Positions 17,533-26,838 of a DNA stretch of 31,890 bases are shown here, piece after piece (position 1 is the stretch's first letter; the number at the start of each line of letters is the position of its first letter). Source of the DNA: Vulcanisaeta sp. AZ3 (lineage in GTDB: Archaea > Thermoproteota > Thermoprotei > Thermoproteales > Thermocladiaceae); contig JZWU02000017.1 in NCBI GenBank assembly GCA_000960865.2, positions 1 through 31,890 of the forward strand, in the 5' to 3' direction. The position numbers and the translations under genes are program-made. A model generated the notes under the pieces. That model searched no databases, was not told the origin of the DNA, and worked only from the letters and a program-made list of their open reading frames with translations.

Positions 17533-18753
17533 ATGATCGCTATGGATCCCAGTAAATTCCTATCTGATAGATCCAAATTGATGAAGGCCTCAGAAATAAG
17601 AGAACTTCTCAAGTGGGTTACTCAGAACGTGATCTCATTTGGTGGTGGTATGCCTGATCCATCATCATTTCCTGTTAAGGATATTATTGAGGTGACGAAT
17701 TACGTTTTATCAACAAAGGTGGATAAGGCACTTCAATATGGGGCTACTGGTGGTGTTGATGAGTTAAGGGAAGAATTGATTAAATTCATGGGTAAGGTTG
17801 GGATTAAAGTTGAAGGCCCTGAAGATATTATAATTACCGTGGGTAGTCAGGAGGCTCTCGACATAGTGGGTAGGCTATTCATAAATCCTGGTGATTATGT
17901 AATTACCGAGAGTCCCACGTACTTAGCTGCACTTCAGGCCTTTAGAGTTTATGGACCTAGGCTTGTTGGTATTCCAATGGATAGTGAGGGTATTAGGGTT
18001 GATGTGCTTGAGGATACCATAAGGAAGATCATGGATGGTGGTGGTCGTGTTAAGTTCATATACGTAATACCCACGGGGCAAAACCCGAGTGGCATAACCA
18101 TGAGTATGGAGAGAAGGAAGGCATTACTTGATGTTGCGAGTAGGTATGACTTATTGGTAATTGAGGATGATCCATACGGTTACATATATTTTGGTGATGG
18201 AGATCCGCCGGAAAGACTCAAGGCTATGGATTCTGAGGGTAGGGTCATATACTTATCCACCTTCAGTAAGATAGCGGCTCCTGGCTTAAGACTTGGTTGG
18301 GTTACGGCGAGTAGGGACATAATTAGGTGGTTTGAATTAGCTAAACAATCAATAGATTTGCACACGTCGACCCTGGCTCAATACATAGCAGCAGAGCTAC
18401 TTAAGAGAGGTATTATTGAGAGGAATATACCGAGGATTAAGGAAATTTATAGGACTAAGAGAGACCTCATGCTCCAGGCATTGAGCGAGTACATGCCTGA
18501 GAATGTTAGTTGGACAAGGCCTTCAGCTGGTATGTTTATTTGGTTAACGGTGCCTGAGAGCATTGATACCGGTGATATGCTCAGTGTGGCCATTAAGAAG
18601 TATGGTGTTGCCTACGTGCCTGGTAAGTCCTTCTATCCGAATGAGGAGAGACATAATGACATGAGGTTGAACTTCACATATCCAACTCCGGAGCAGATAT
18701 TTGAGGGCATAAGGAGACTCTCCCTAACAATTAAGGAATATCTATCAAATTAA
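17533..18753 (+). CDS. PLP-dependent aminotransferase class I/II (LysN/aromatic-aminotransferase-like)
   Basis: ASEIRELLK, ISFGGGMPD, QNPSG, EDDPY and STFSKIAAPGLRLGW. Confidence 0.95.
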   Translation: MIAMDPSKFLSDRSKLMKASEIRELLKWVTQNVISFGGGMPDPSSFPVKDIIEVTNYVLSTKVDKALQYGATGGVDELREELIKFMGKVGIKVEGPEDIIITVGSQEALDIVGRLFINPGDYVITESPTYLAALQAFRVYGPRLVGIPMDSEGIRVDVLEDTIRKIMDGGGRVKFIYVIPTGQNPSGITMSMERRKALLDVASRYDLLVIEDDPYGYIYFGDGDPPERLKAMDSEGRVIYLSTFSKIAAPGLRLGWVTASRDIIRWFELAKQSIDLHTSTLAQYIAAELLKRGIIERNIPRIKEIYRTKRDLMLQALSEYMPENVSWTRPSAGMFIWLTVPESIDTGDMLSVAIKKYGVAYVPGKSFYPNEERHNDMRLNFTYPTPEQIFEGIRRLSLTIKEYLSN

Positions 18754-18875
18754 TCTTCAATTTTTATATTAATTATAGATCTTTATTGAGTAGTTGAGAA
18801 ATTATATGTATAATGCGGGATAAGTTCTGGTGAACTTTTATATGTGTGATAAATATGCACGGTATTGCTATTCTC

Positions 18876-18924
18876 ACGAGGATGAACGTTTGCACTGAGA
18901 GTGATAGATTGCTTAATGACTCGT
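18876..18924 (+). ncRNA. Possible compact box C/D-like sRNA
   Basis: Terminal stem ACGAG/CTCGT encloses (AG)GATGA, 9 nt, CTGA, GTGATA, about 9 nt and ATGA. A TTTTATAT element lies about 30 nt upstream. The guides are shorter than usual. Confidence 0.4.
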
Positions 18925-18994
18925 CCTTATAACTCCGGCATAAATATTGATTGGCTTAAGGGAGTGATAGCATAAATTTTAATTATATGCATTA

Positions 18995-19747
18995 ATGCGT
19001 GGATTAATGGCAACATTAATTGTCGAGTTGCCTCCGTTGAGGAGGATTGATAATTTAGATGATTACCTGCACATGGTTGGTGAGATTATTGATTATGCAA
19101 CCTACGTCGATGTGCCAGATTCTACATTTGCAAATCCATCGGCTAATGCCGTACTTATAGGTTCATTGATTAGGCATAGGTTTAATGTTGAGGTGATTGC
19201 TAATGTTAGGGTTGCTGATCATAATAAGGTTGGTCTTGCTGCATTAATAATGGGTGGTTTAATTAATAATGTTAGGAGTTACTTATTCATGAGAGGAGAT
19301 TTGGGGCCTGGGGTTACTGCTGTACCTGATTTGACACCGACGGGTGCTATTGAGTATCTTAGGGGTTTGGATCAGGTTAGGGGGGTTAGGCTTGGTATTT
19401 CGATTTCAAGTTTTAATGTTGATTACATTAGGGATAGGTTGAGGGCTATGCCTGATTTCGCTATGCTTCAGTACACTATGTCTATGGATGATTTGTTAAG
19501 AGTTGTTGATGTGAATAAGGATTTCAATGTTGATTTATATCCACCATTGCTTATAATTACTAATAGGTCTGTGAGGACCATAAGTAAGATACTCAATATG
19601 AATGTTTCGGTGCCTGTAGATCCAATCGATGATACGGTTAGGAGGGCTAGGGAGTTGCTTAATTATTTTCCAGGTGTTTATTTATCTGCGCCGGGTGATT
19701 TTGAGGCGATTGTTAATACGGTTAGGACTTTACGAAAGTACCTATGA
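18995..19747 (+). CDS. Methylenetetrahydrofolate reductase-like protein (divergent)
   Basis: IVELPP, VDVPDS, EVIANVRVADHN and LFMRGD resemble the MetF FAD-binding barrel N-terminus (E.fPP, H...RD.N, alRGD). Confidence 0.7.
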   Translation: MRGLMATLIVELPPLRRIDNLDDYLHMVGEIIDYATYVDVPDSTFANPSANAVLIGSLIRHRFNVEVIANVRVADHNKVGLAALIMGGLINNVRSYLFMRGDLGPGVTAVPDLTPTGAIEYLRGLDQVRGVRLGISISSFNVDYIRDRLRAMPDFAMLQYTMSMDDLLRVVDVNKDFNVDLYPPLLIITNRSVRTISKILNMNVSVPVDPIDDTVRRARELLNYFPGVYLSAPGDFEAIVNTVRTLRKYL

Positions 19748-20689
19748 TTCATTCTCATCTTCCTCCTCACCTGGTAGTTTCATTAATGATTTTATCTGCT
19801 TCTTAGGCGTTGTGGTCATGCCTGCCTCGAGTTTATCCTTATACATGGCTATTATTGTGTCGACTATGCTCATAATTGCCTTCGCTGTTTCTGTAGTTGA
19901 GTACTTCATGAGGAAGGGCTCGCCTTGATCGTTGGATTCCCCGATCCTTGGGTCGAGCGGTATCATGCCTAGGTATGGTACTCCATACTTATCAGCCATC
20001 TCTTTACCAATCAATCTCCCAAAGATGTAATAGGTCTTACTTGACTCAGGGCAGTAAAAGCAGCACATGTTCTCTATTACGCCTGTGATTGATACCTTGA
20101 CTTTCCTCGAGAAGTCGAGGGCTTTTTGAACGATTCTCCTGGATACGTCACTTGGAGCTGTGACTATTATGCTTCCTGTTAATTCATTAGCTAAGGCTTG
20201 GGCTATGGTTAATGGTGCATCGCCAGTGCCAGGTGGTAAATCAATAAATAATACATCTAACTCGCCCCAAAGCACGCTGCTTAGGAAATCCCTGATTGCT
20301 CTATCAACTAATGCTCCTCTCCAAATCACTGCTGTGTCCTCTGTTGGTAGTAGGAAGTCCATCGAAACCACCTTTATACCGAAGGGTCCCTCGGCTGGTA
20401 TTATCTTCTCATCCTCACTAAGGTATAAGTTAGCACCAACTAGGCCGAGCAGTTTTGGTATTGTTGGTCCGTAGACATCAGCGTCTAGTACACCAACTTT
20501 GTAGCCTCTCATGGCGAATCCTAGGGCTAGGCTGGCTGTAACAAAGCTTTTGCCCACGCCGCCTTTGCCGCTCATTATTGCGAATTTTGTTTTAATATGT
20601 TTCATTGCCTCAGCGATTGCGCCTGTGTCTAGGGGGCCGGCCTTCTGTACTGAGACTTTTACCTTACCGCCTTGGGTGCTTGACGACAT
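19742..20689 (-). CDS. Mrp/NBP35 family Fe-S cluster carrier ATPase
   Basis: SGKGGVGKS deviant Walker A, DADVYGP, IWRG, DLPPGTGD and ENMCCFYCP. Confidence 0.95.
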   Translation of the reverse strand: MSSSTQGGKVKVSVQKAGPLDTGAIAEAMKHIKTKFAIMSGKGGVGKSFVTASLALGFAMRGYKVGVLDADVYGPTIPKLLGLVGANLYLSEDEKIIPAEGPFGIKVVSMDFLLPTEDTAVIWRGALVDRAIRDFLSSVLWGELDVLFIDLPPGTGDAPLTIAQALANELTGSIIVTAPSDVSRRIVQKALDFSRKVKVSITGVIENMCCFYCPESSKTYYIFGRLIGKEMADKYGVPYLGMIPLDPRIGESNDQGEPFLMKYSTTETAKAIMSIVDTIIAMYKDKLEAGMTTTPKKQIKSLMKLPGEEEDENES

Positions 20690-20751
20690 GCATTTTACAT
20701 ATGATCCTAAGGCATTTAAAAATCAGTCGCTGTATGTATTTTTATTGAGTT

Positions 20752-22971
20752 TTAGTATTGTGATATGAAGTCCTCAACCCTCGGTATTTCCTTCGGTAAT
20801 CCCTTCTTTTCTCTAATCTTCATTACCATATCAACTAACATGTTCTCAGGTATTGGTGACCATCTTGAGAATTGGAGACTCCAGAAGACTCTACCTGCTG
20901 TGGCACTTCTTAACTCGTCGCTTAGGGTGAATGATTCTATTACGGGTATTTCGCCCTTAATCGTAACCATGTACTCACTCTGCACCATATCAATAACCCT
21001 ACCCCTATGCCTATTCAAAACACCAATCACTGAACCTATATTCTCCTGCGTTGTCTTTGCCTCTATGGAGAGCATAGGCTCAAGCAGCGTTGGTTTACCC
21101 CCAAGTATTCCAGCCATTATTGCGTTCTTGGCGGCTGGCATTATTTGCGCAGGACCTCTATGGGCTGGGTCCTCATGAACCACCGCATCATGAAGTATAA
21201 CCTTTACACCCCTAACAGGTTCCTGAGCCAGCGGCCCGGCTTGCACTGCCCACCTAAAGCCTTGGATTATGTAATCCCTAATCTCCCTTAGGTATTGTAT
21301 GCCTGTGGTTTTATCAACAAAGACATTTATGTACTGCTCATCCACAGTCCAGATGCCCCTGGCTTCATCAGTATCCCAACCAGCCCTCTCCCTTAGTATC
21401 TTAGCTCTATCCCTTGGGTCCTGGTCATCAGTTACCTCACCAAGTTGTATTAACCTTATTGTCTCCTCATCAAGCGGTTCAACACTTATGTATAGTCTAT
21501 TGTGCTTATTTGGTGACTTGCCCTCGAAGGTTTGTGATAATGCCCTAACTGTTTCCCTAAATCTAACTAGTGGTTGAGATACTGTGAAGTCAAGCTTTGT
21601 TCTCTCCTTAAGCATCCACGTAGCTATTTCCAGATGCAACGTACCAACACCACTGAGTAATACTTGCCCTGTCTCCTCATCAATCTTTAGACTTAGGGTT
21701 GGGTCCTCAATAGTTAACTCCTTAAGCCCCTCAACTAGCTTAGCTAGGTCGTTTGGATTATTGGGCTCTATTGCAACTGTAACCACCGGCTCACTTATGT
21801 ACTTCATCCTCTCGAAGGGTGCAGCTATATCCTTAATTGAGGATGCAACTATTGTCTCTCCAGCCCTGGCATCATCAACACCGAGGAGAGCCACTATATT
21901 TCCCGCAAGAACCTCAGGGATTACAATTCTATTAGGACCCATGTATAAGTACGTCTGTAGTACTCTCTTTACAGTCTTTGCGTTTATTAAGTAAACCTCA
22001 TCGCCCTCCCTAATTGTTCCGCTGAATACCCTACCAGTGGCTATTAATCCTGCATGTGGGTCCTTATTCATCTTGCTAATGGCTATTACAGTTGGACCAT
22101 CAGGATCAGCCTCTAGCAGTGCCTTCCCAAGTGGTGAGTTTATGTCGCCCTTCCAAACCCTTGGTATTCTGTACTTTTGGGCTACGTTTGGTGGTGGTAC
22201 GTGCTCAACAATCATGTTTAGTATAGCCCTATATAGCGGGAACTCTTGAGCTAACTCATCCACATAATTCTTCTCATAGGCATCAACAATATTACTGAAC
22301 TTAAGCCCTGCCTTGGTGGCCTGGGGTATTGTAACGCCCCACTTATATAGTGCAGAACCTAGGGCTACTTGACCTTTGGCTGGGTCAACCTTCCACTTAT
22401 CCTTGAACTCTGGGTCTGCGTACATGTCTATTAGGTTGTTGAAATCCTTAACAATCTCAATAATCCTCTGTTGAATCTCATTGGGGCTTAACCTTAACTC
22501 CTTGATTAATCTATCGATTTTGTTTATGAATAGGACAGGCCTAACCATCTCCTCCATGGCCTGCCTAACCACAGTCTCAGTCTGTGTCATAACACCCTCA
22601 ACAGCATCAACAACGACTAACGCACCATCCATAACCCTAAGCGACCTCGTTACATGACCCGTGAAGTCCACGTGACCAGGTGTATCGACGAAGTTTATTA
22701 TGTAGGGCTTACCCTCATACTCAAAGTATAGGCTTATGTTAGCGGCCTTAACAGTCATTTGTCTTAATTGCTCGATCTCTACGTAATCCATGGCCAAGGC
22801 CTTGCCAGCAACCTTAGGGCTTAGTAAACCGGCGCCCATTAATAGTGAGTCTGTAGTTGTGGTTTTACCATGATCAACATGGGCCAGCGTACCTGCATTC
22901 CTAACCTGGGCTGGATTTCGCATTAACTCTAGTATTTCCTCAATTTTCTTCTCAACAATCCTAACAGACAT
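20752..22971 (-). CDS. fusA: Translation elongation factor aEF-2
   Basis: AHVDHGKTT, DTPGHVDF, NKID, SPNKHNR and HEDPAHRGPAQ (diphthamide His). Confidence 0.99.
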   Translation of the reverse strand: MSVRIVEKKIEEILELMRNPAQVRNAGTLAHVDHGKTTTTDSLLMGAGLLSPKVAGKALAMDYVEIEQLRQMTVKAANISLYFEYEGKPYIINFVDTPGHVDFTGHVTRSLRVMDGALVVVDAVEGVMTQTETVVRQAMEEMVRPVLFINKIDRLIKELRLSPNEIQQRIIEIVKDFNNLIDMYADPEFKDKWKVDPAKGQVALGSALYKWGVTIPQATKAGLKFSNIVDAYEKNYVDELAQEFPLYRAILNMIVEHVPPPNVAQKYRIPRVWKGDINSPLGKALLEADPDGPTVIAISKMNKDPHAGLIATGRVFSGTIREGDEVYLINAKTVKRVLQTYLYMGPNRIVIPEVLAGNIVALLGVDDARAGETIVASSIKDIAAPFERMKYISEPVVTVAIEPNNPNDLAKLVEGLKELTIEDPTLSLKIDEETGQVLLSGVGTLHLEIATWMLKERTKLDFTVSQPLVRFRETVRALSQTFEGKSPNKHNRLYISVEPLDEETIRLIQLGEVTDDQDPRDRAKILRERAGWDTDEARGIWTVDEQYINVFVDKTTGIQYLREIRDYIIQGFRWAVQAGPLAQEPVRGVKVILHDAVVHEDPAHRGPAQIMPAAKNAIMAGILGGKPTLLEPMLSIEAKTTQENIGSVIGVLNRHRGRVIDMVQSEYMVTIKGEIPVIESFTLSDELRSATAGRVFWSLQFSRWSPIPENMLVDMVMKIREKKGLPKEIPRVEDFISQY

Positions 22972-23041
22972 CGATAATCAGAACCCAACGATATTCACAT
23001 TTAATAAGCCTTTCTATAACTCATAGTAATAATAAACTTGG

Positions 23042-23098
23042 GCGGATGATGATATGCACCTCCGCCGATAAATGAGGAAAATAGCCTGGAACTGACTG
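23042..23098 (+). ncRNA. Box C/D guide sRNA with two guides complementary to 16S rRNA
   Basis: C ATGATGA (23046-52), guide TATGCACCTCCG, D' CCGA (23065-68), C' ATGAGGA (23072-78), guide AAATAGCCTGGAA and D CTGA (23092-95). The guides are complementary to GGAGGUGCAU and CCAGGCUA, which I recall as archaeal 16S motifs. Confidence 0.88.
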
Positions 23099-23178
23099 GG
23101 CACTAATTAATGCTTATGAAACTAGGTGAAAAAGTTTCTTAAACTTAAAACACATGATTAATTACTTGGTGAGTTATT

Positions 23179-23454
23179 ATGGTCAGTAGGGATGTTGTCT
23201 TCAGTAATATTGAGAGAATTGATAACACTTGGATTATTAAGGGTAGGGTTAGGTCTAGGACTAAGCCAGGGGTTTGGCATAATGTCGAGGTTAGGATCAA
23301 ATGGGTTAATGGTGAGGCTCTTATACGCGGTAAATGTGATTGTGAGGCTTTCACAAAGGGACACATGATTTGCTGGCATATATTACACTTAACAAATGTT
23401 TTTATCAAAAATAGACATAAATTAATAAGCAATTCTAGTCTTTTCCCTAGTTGA
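23179..23454 (+). CDS. SWIM zinc-finger protein
   Basis: CDCEAFTKGHMICWHI (CxCx(n)CxH), preceded by the beta-rich segment VRSRTKPGVWHNV. Confidence 0.85.
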   Translation: MVSRDVVFSNIERIDNTWIIKGRVRSRTKPGVWHNVEVRIKWVNGEALIRGKCDCEAFTKGHMICWHILHLTNVFIKNRHKLISNSSLFPS

Positions 23455-23561
23455 AAATCGCTAAGGATAATATTTAGGAGATACTATTGCTTAATGGTGA
23501 TTTTAATTCTAACAATGACGCTTTATTTTTAAATATAAGAATTAGGAAGAGCACATTCCCT

Positions 23562-24038
23562 ATGGATATGAAGTTACCACCGTATACGTATGATGATTTC
23601 CAGGTTGGTATGAAATTAAAATCCCAAGGACTAACTGTAACTGAGTCTCACATAACTCAATTTGCTGGGTTAACGGGTGATTATAATCCGCTACATGTTG
23701 ATGAGGTGTTTGCCAAAGATTCAATATTTGGAGGTAGGGTTGCTCATGGGTTACTAACGTTATCCCTAGCCGTGGGTTTATTTGCATCTCTGGTTGCGGG
23801 TACGGCGATAGCCCTGCTTGAGGTGGATTCTAAGTTCTTAAAGCCCGTTAGAATTGGTGATACAATATACGTGGAGATTGAGGTTGTGGATAAAAAGCCA
23901 AGTGATAAGTATAATGGTGGTGTTGTAACGTTTAGGCATGAGGTTAGGAATCAGAAGGGTGAGGTTGTGGCTGTGATAGATACGAAATTATTAATTGCAA
24001 GGAATATTGCAATTAAGGATAATGTATTAAAGAGATAA
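23562..24038 (+). CDS. MaoC-family (hot-dog) dehydratase
   Basis: FAGLTGDYNPLHVD, GRVAHGLL and FLKPVRIGDTI. Likely start is ATG 23562 or 23568. Confidence 0.92.
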   Translation: MDMKLPPYTYDDFQVGMKLKSQGLTVTESHITQFAGLTGDYNPLHVDEVFAKDSIFGGRVAHGLLTLSLAVGLFASLVAGTAIALLEVDSKFLKPVRIGDTIYVEIEVVDKKPSDKYNGGVVTFRHEVRNQKGEVVAVIDTKLLIARNIAIKDNVLKR

Positions 24039-24614
24039 TGCTTTAACAATATAGGTCTTTTATCCTGCGGTAGTCATCATGCTTTCTATTGCTAATAAAT
24101 TTAGAAACCGAACATAAAGAATAATTAAACAACATGCATATAGCTTCCTAATACTTAATTATTGCCCTAAAATACTTTTGTTTCTAAGAATAAGCTGTGC
24201 TAGGGCAAGGATTTAATTACGTAGAGAAGATTTACCAAAGCGCAATGTTCCAATGCCTAAGGCCGTGGTATACTGATAATTGTAAAAGATGTAGGTCTGA
24301 GTTCATGAGGTGCCTTCAAAATTACTTGTCATTGTTAAATTAATGCCTATTTATTGTTTAAGAGCGTTATGACTTTAATGCGTTTAACTGTCGGTGTGTT
24401 GTATTCATGGTTAGATTTATCATGAGAACCTAAAAATGAGACAGTTAAGGTTGGGTTTTAGGCAACCTTTGTCATTAATTCTATATATCTCAACCTTAAT
24501 TGCTAAAAAGACATTATTAATCCTTGGGTTCTCTGCGATTTTCATATCCTTCTTAATAACTCTCATTAAGTTTGTTGTTTACAATATGTTCACATTATTA
24601 TTGAATTATTATTT

Positions 24615-25370
24615 TTATGATTGTTTCAATTTTTCCAGGTTAATCGTTGTGCATTGTATTGGTAGGATTAGGCTCACATCAATATTGTTTGTAATTATTG
24701 GTGATTCAATATAGTAGTGTATAGGCATTAGGTACTTAACGCCAGCTTTTCTTGCGATATCCACGGCCTCGTTAGTTGTCGAGTGCCCATGTTGATGGGA
24801 GGCTTCTTCGGTGCCTGGGTTTCCTGAGGCTTCGTGTATTAGTAGTGTGCAGTTTTTGGCTAGGTTTATTATGTTGTTTGTTGGTCTTGTATCACTGCTA
24901 TAGGTGATGCATGTGCCGTTTGAATCATCAATTCTATATGCGAGTGTGGATACTGTGTGGTCCGCAGCGACTGCGCTAATCTTAAAATTATCATTTGTAG
25001 TTATTACCTGGGGTTCAGGGCTTGGTTCTATTGGGTTGAATTCAATTGCCTCTAGGTATTGAGGTATGCCCAGGGCTTCGAAGAGCTTTCCTAAGTCTAT
25101 GTCGTTTGGCCCATAGACCTTGAGTGCCTTTCCGAGTGCCTTTGCGTAGAGAGCTAGGGTTGTTAGGCCCATTAGGTGGTCGCCGTGTTTGTGAGATATG
25201 AGGATTAGGTCTATGTCATTAACGTCATAACCGCACATCCTCAATGCTCTATATGTTCCCTCGCCGGCATCAATGAGGACCCTTGCATTACTAACCTCCA
25301 CAAATAATGAGACATTGCCGAGCAGTGGGTTGGAGATCCAACCGCCAATTCCTAGTGGTGTTACCTTCAC
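24615..25370 (-). CDS. MBL-fold hydrolase, ribonuclease Z family
   Basis: LIDAGEG, SHKHGDH (HxHxDH), ADH, SSDTRP, LIHEA, HGHST and PIH. Likely start is GTG 25370; the ORF-track extension overlaps the upstream gene. Confidence 0.85.
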   Translation of the reverse strand: MKVTPLGIGGWISNPLLGNVSLFVEVSNARVLIDAGEGTYRALRMCGYDVNDIDLILISHKHGDHLMGLTTLALYAKALGKALKVYGPNDIDLGKLFEALGIPQYLEAIEFNPIEPSPEPQVITTNDNFKISAVAADHTVSTLAYRIDDSNGTCITYSSDTRPTNNIINLAKNCTLLIHEASGNPGTEEASHQHGHSTTNEAVDIARKAGVKYLMPIHYYIESPIITNNIDVSLILPIQCTTINLEKLKQS

Positions 25371-25417
25371 GCTGTAGGTCGTGGTTTTATTTAGTATTAA
25401 GCTTTCTGTACACGTTT

Positions 25418-25738
25418 TTATATTAAGAAGGCTAGTTCGAGTGCTGCGAAGACCGCGCCGATTATTGTCCACCAGGTTAGGGCAAGATTTATTACTGAGA
25501 CTATTATGCCTAGGGTCCTGACCTCATTATCGTTTGACCTTGAGATTAGTAGTGCCCCTACTCCAATGTTTAGTATTGCTAGTGCGATGATTATTAGGGT
25601 TAATGCCCACATTATTGCCGTTGTTAATCCAGGTATTGGTATTAATATTATTGAGGTAAGCCCAAGCAATAAGGCCGGTATGAGTAGGAAGGCTCCTGTG
25701 ATGAGCATTAGTATGCCGGCAACCCTTGGCTCGCTCAT
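25418..25738 (-). CDS. Hypothetical membrane protein (3-4 TM)
   Basis: Almost entirely hydrophobic 106-aa ORF, co-oriented with its neighbours. Confidence 0.75.
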   Translation of the reverse strand: MSEPRVAGILMLITGAFLLIPALLLGLTSIILIPIPGLTTAIMWALTLIIIALAILNIGVGALLISRSNDNEVRTLGIIVSVINLALTWWTIIGAVFAALELAFLI

Positions 25739-25771
25739 TGGGCTTTACTACTGGTAGTAATTATATTTCTT

Positions 25772-26725
25772 TTAGCCATGCACCCTCTTAATCCAATCAA
25801 CCATCTCCTTAACTCCAATACTTATTGCGGGCTCAACATCGCCTATGAACTTTCTCATAAATTCACAACTATATTGGACACCAAGGTACTTGAGTAATCC
25901 ACGAGCGCTGCTAGGTAGGAATAAACTAATTAATCCAGTAGGTATCGGTAGCTTAATGCCTTTAACTCCGAGGTAATTAGCCATTAATTGTGAGAAATCG
26001 CTTAGGCTGTACATTGTGCATTCAGTTGCGTAAAGGAATGTGTTCTTGACCTCATTATTCACAGCAATAGACTCAAGGAGCTTGACCAGATAGCCTACGT
26101 ATATGGCGTTTAAGTAACCCCTTATGATGGGCACAAGGCCTCTCTTGATGGCCTTATAGAGTGTTAGGAATTGGTCGTGATCATTATAATACCCATAGAC
26201 CAACGTGGGTCTCACGATTACGTAATTAAGACCCTCAGAGCCTAATCCACTTATTGCTCTTTCGCCATCGCACTTAGACCTCTCGTAATCTCCACTTGGC
26301 TTGACGTAGGTATAATTGCAGTGATCAGGTTCCTCCTTAATGAAATTACCAATTTTACCTGCGGCTGCTGAGGCGCTTATGTGTATGAACTTTATTGATT
26401 TGTCGGTGTTGATTATTGCTCTTGCAATATTCCTAGGAACCTCAACGTGGGCTTGCCACAACTCATTCCAGGAGCCACCTAGTAAGCCGACTGTGTTAAA
26501 TACATACTTGGGTTTGATTTCATTCATTAATCTTAACACTTCGTCATAATTGCCTGGGTCAAGCTTATGTAACCTCACGTTTAGGTCCATGAGGTCCTTA
26601 ATCATCAAAGCCTTGCTTCCATTAGTTGATCTGTATGTGACGTGGACTTCAAAACCTCTGTTTGTTAAGTGCTTGGCTAGGTTCGTTGCTATGAAGCCTA
26701 GTCCCATTATTAATACTTGCTCCAT
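25772..26725 (-). CDS. NAD-dependent epimerase/dehydratase (extended SDR)
   Basis: MGLGFIA Rossmann motif, HISAS, YERSK (YxxxK) and VRPTLVYG. Confidence 0.9.
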   Translation of the reverse strand: MEQVLIMGLGFIATNLAKHLTNRGFEVHVTYRSTNGSKALMIKDLMDLNVRLHKLDPGNYDEVLRLMNEIKPKYVFNTVGLLGGSWNELWQAHVEVPRNIARAIINTDKSIKFIHISASAAAGKIGNFIKEEPDHCNYTYVKPSGDYERSKCDGERAISGLGSEGLNYVIVRPTLVYGYYNDHDQFLTLYKAIKRGLVPIIRGYLNAIYVGYLVKLLESIAVNNEVKNTFLYATECTMYSLSDFSQLMANYLGVKGIKLPIPTGLISLFLPSSARGLLKYLGVQYSCEFMRKFIGDVEPAISIGVKEMVDWIKRVHG

Positions 26726-26838
26726 ATTGTCTCATTTATGACTTGAGAGATTAATTTTTAAAAATTAATAGTATAAATAGTCGATATCAGTAACAAAGAA
26801 GGTTTTATAAAGGTAAGGCCTCCATAAATCGCAATCGT

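Noticed and set aside
20765-22249. Chain of antisense ORFs opposite EF-2
   Set aside because: These are antisense mirror frames of a highly conserved gene, with no independent evidence.
24436-24714. 92-aa hydrophobic plus-strand ORF
   Set aside because: It overlaps the RNase Z-like gene's 3' end by 100 bp, and its hydrophobicity follows from T-richness.
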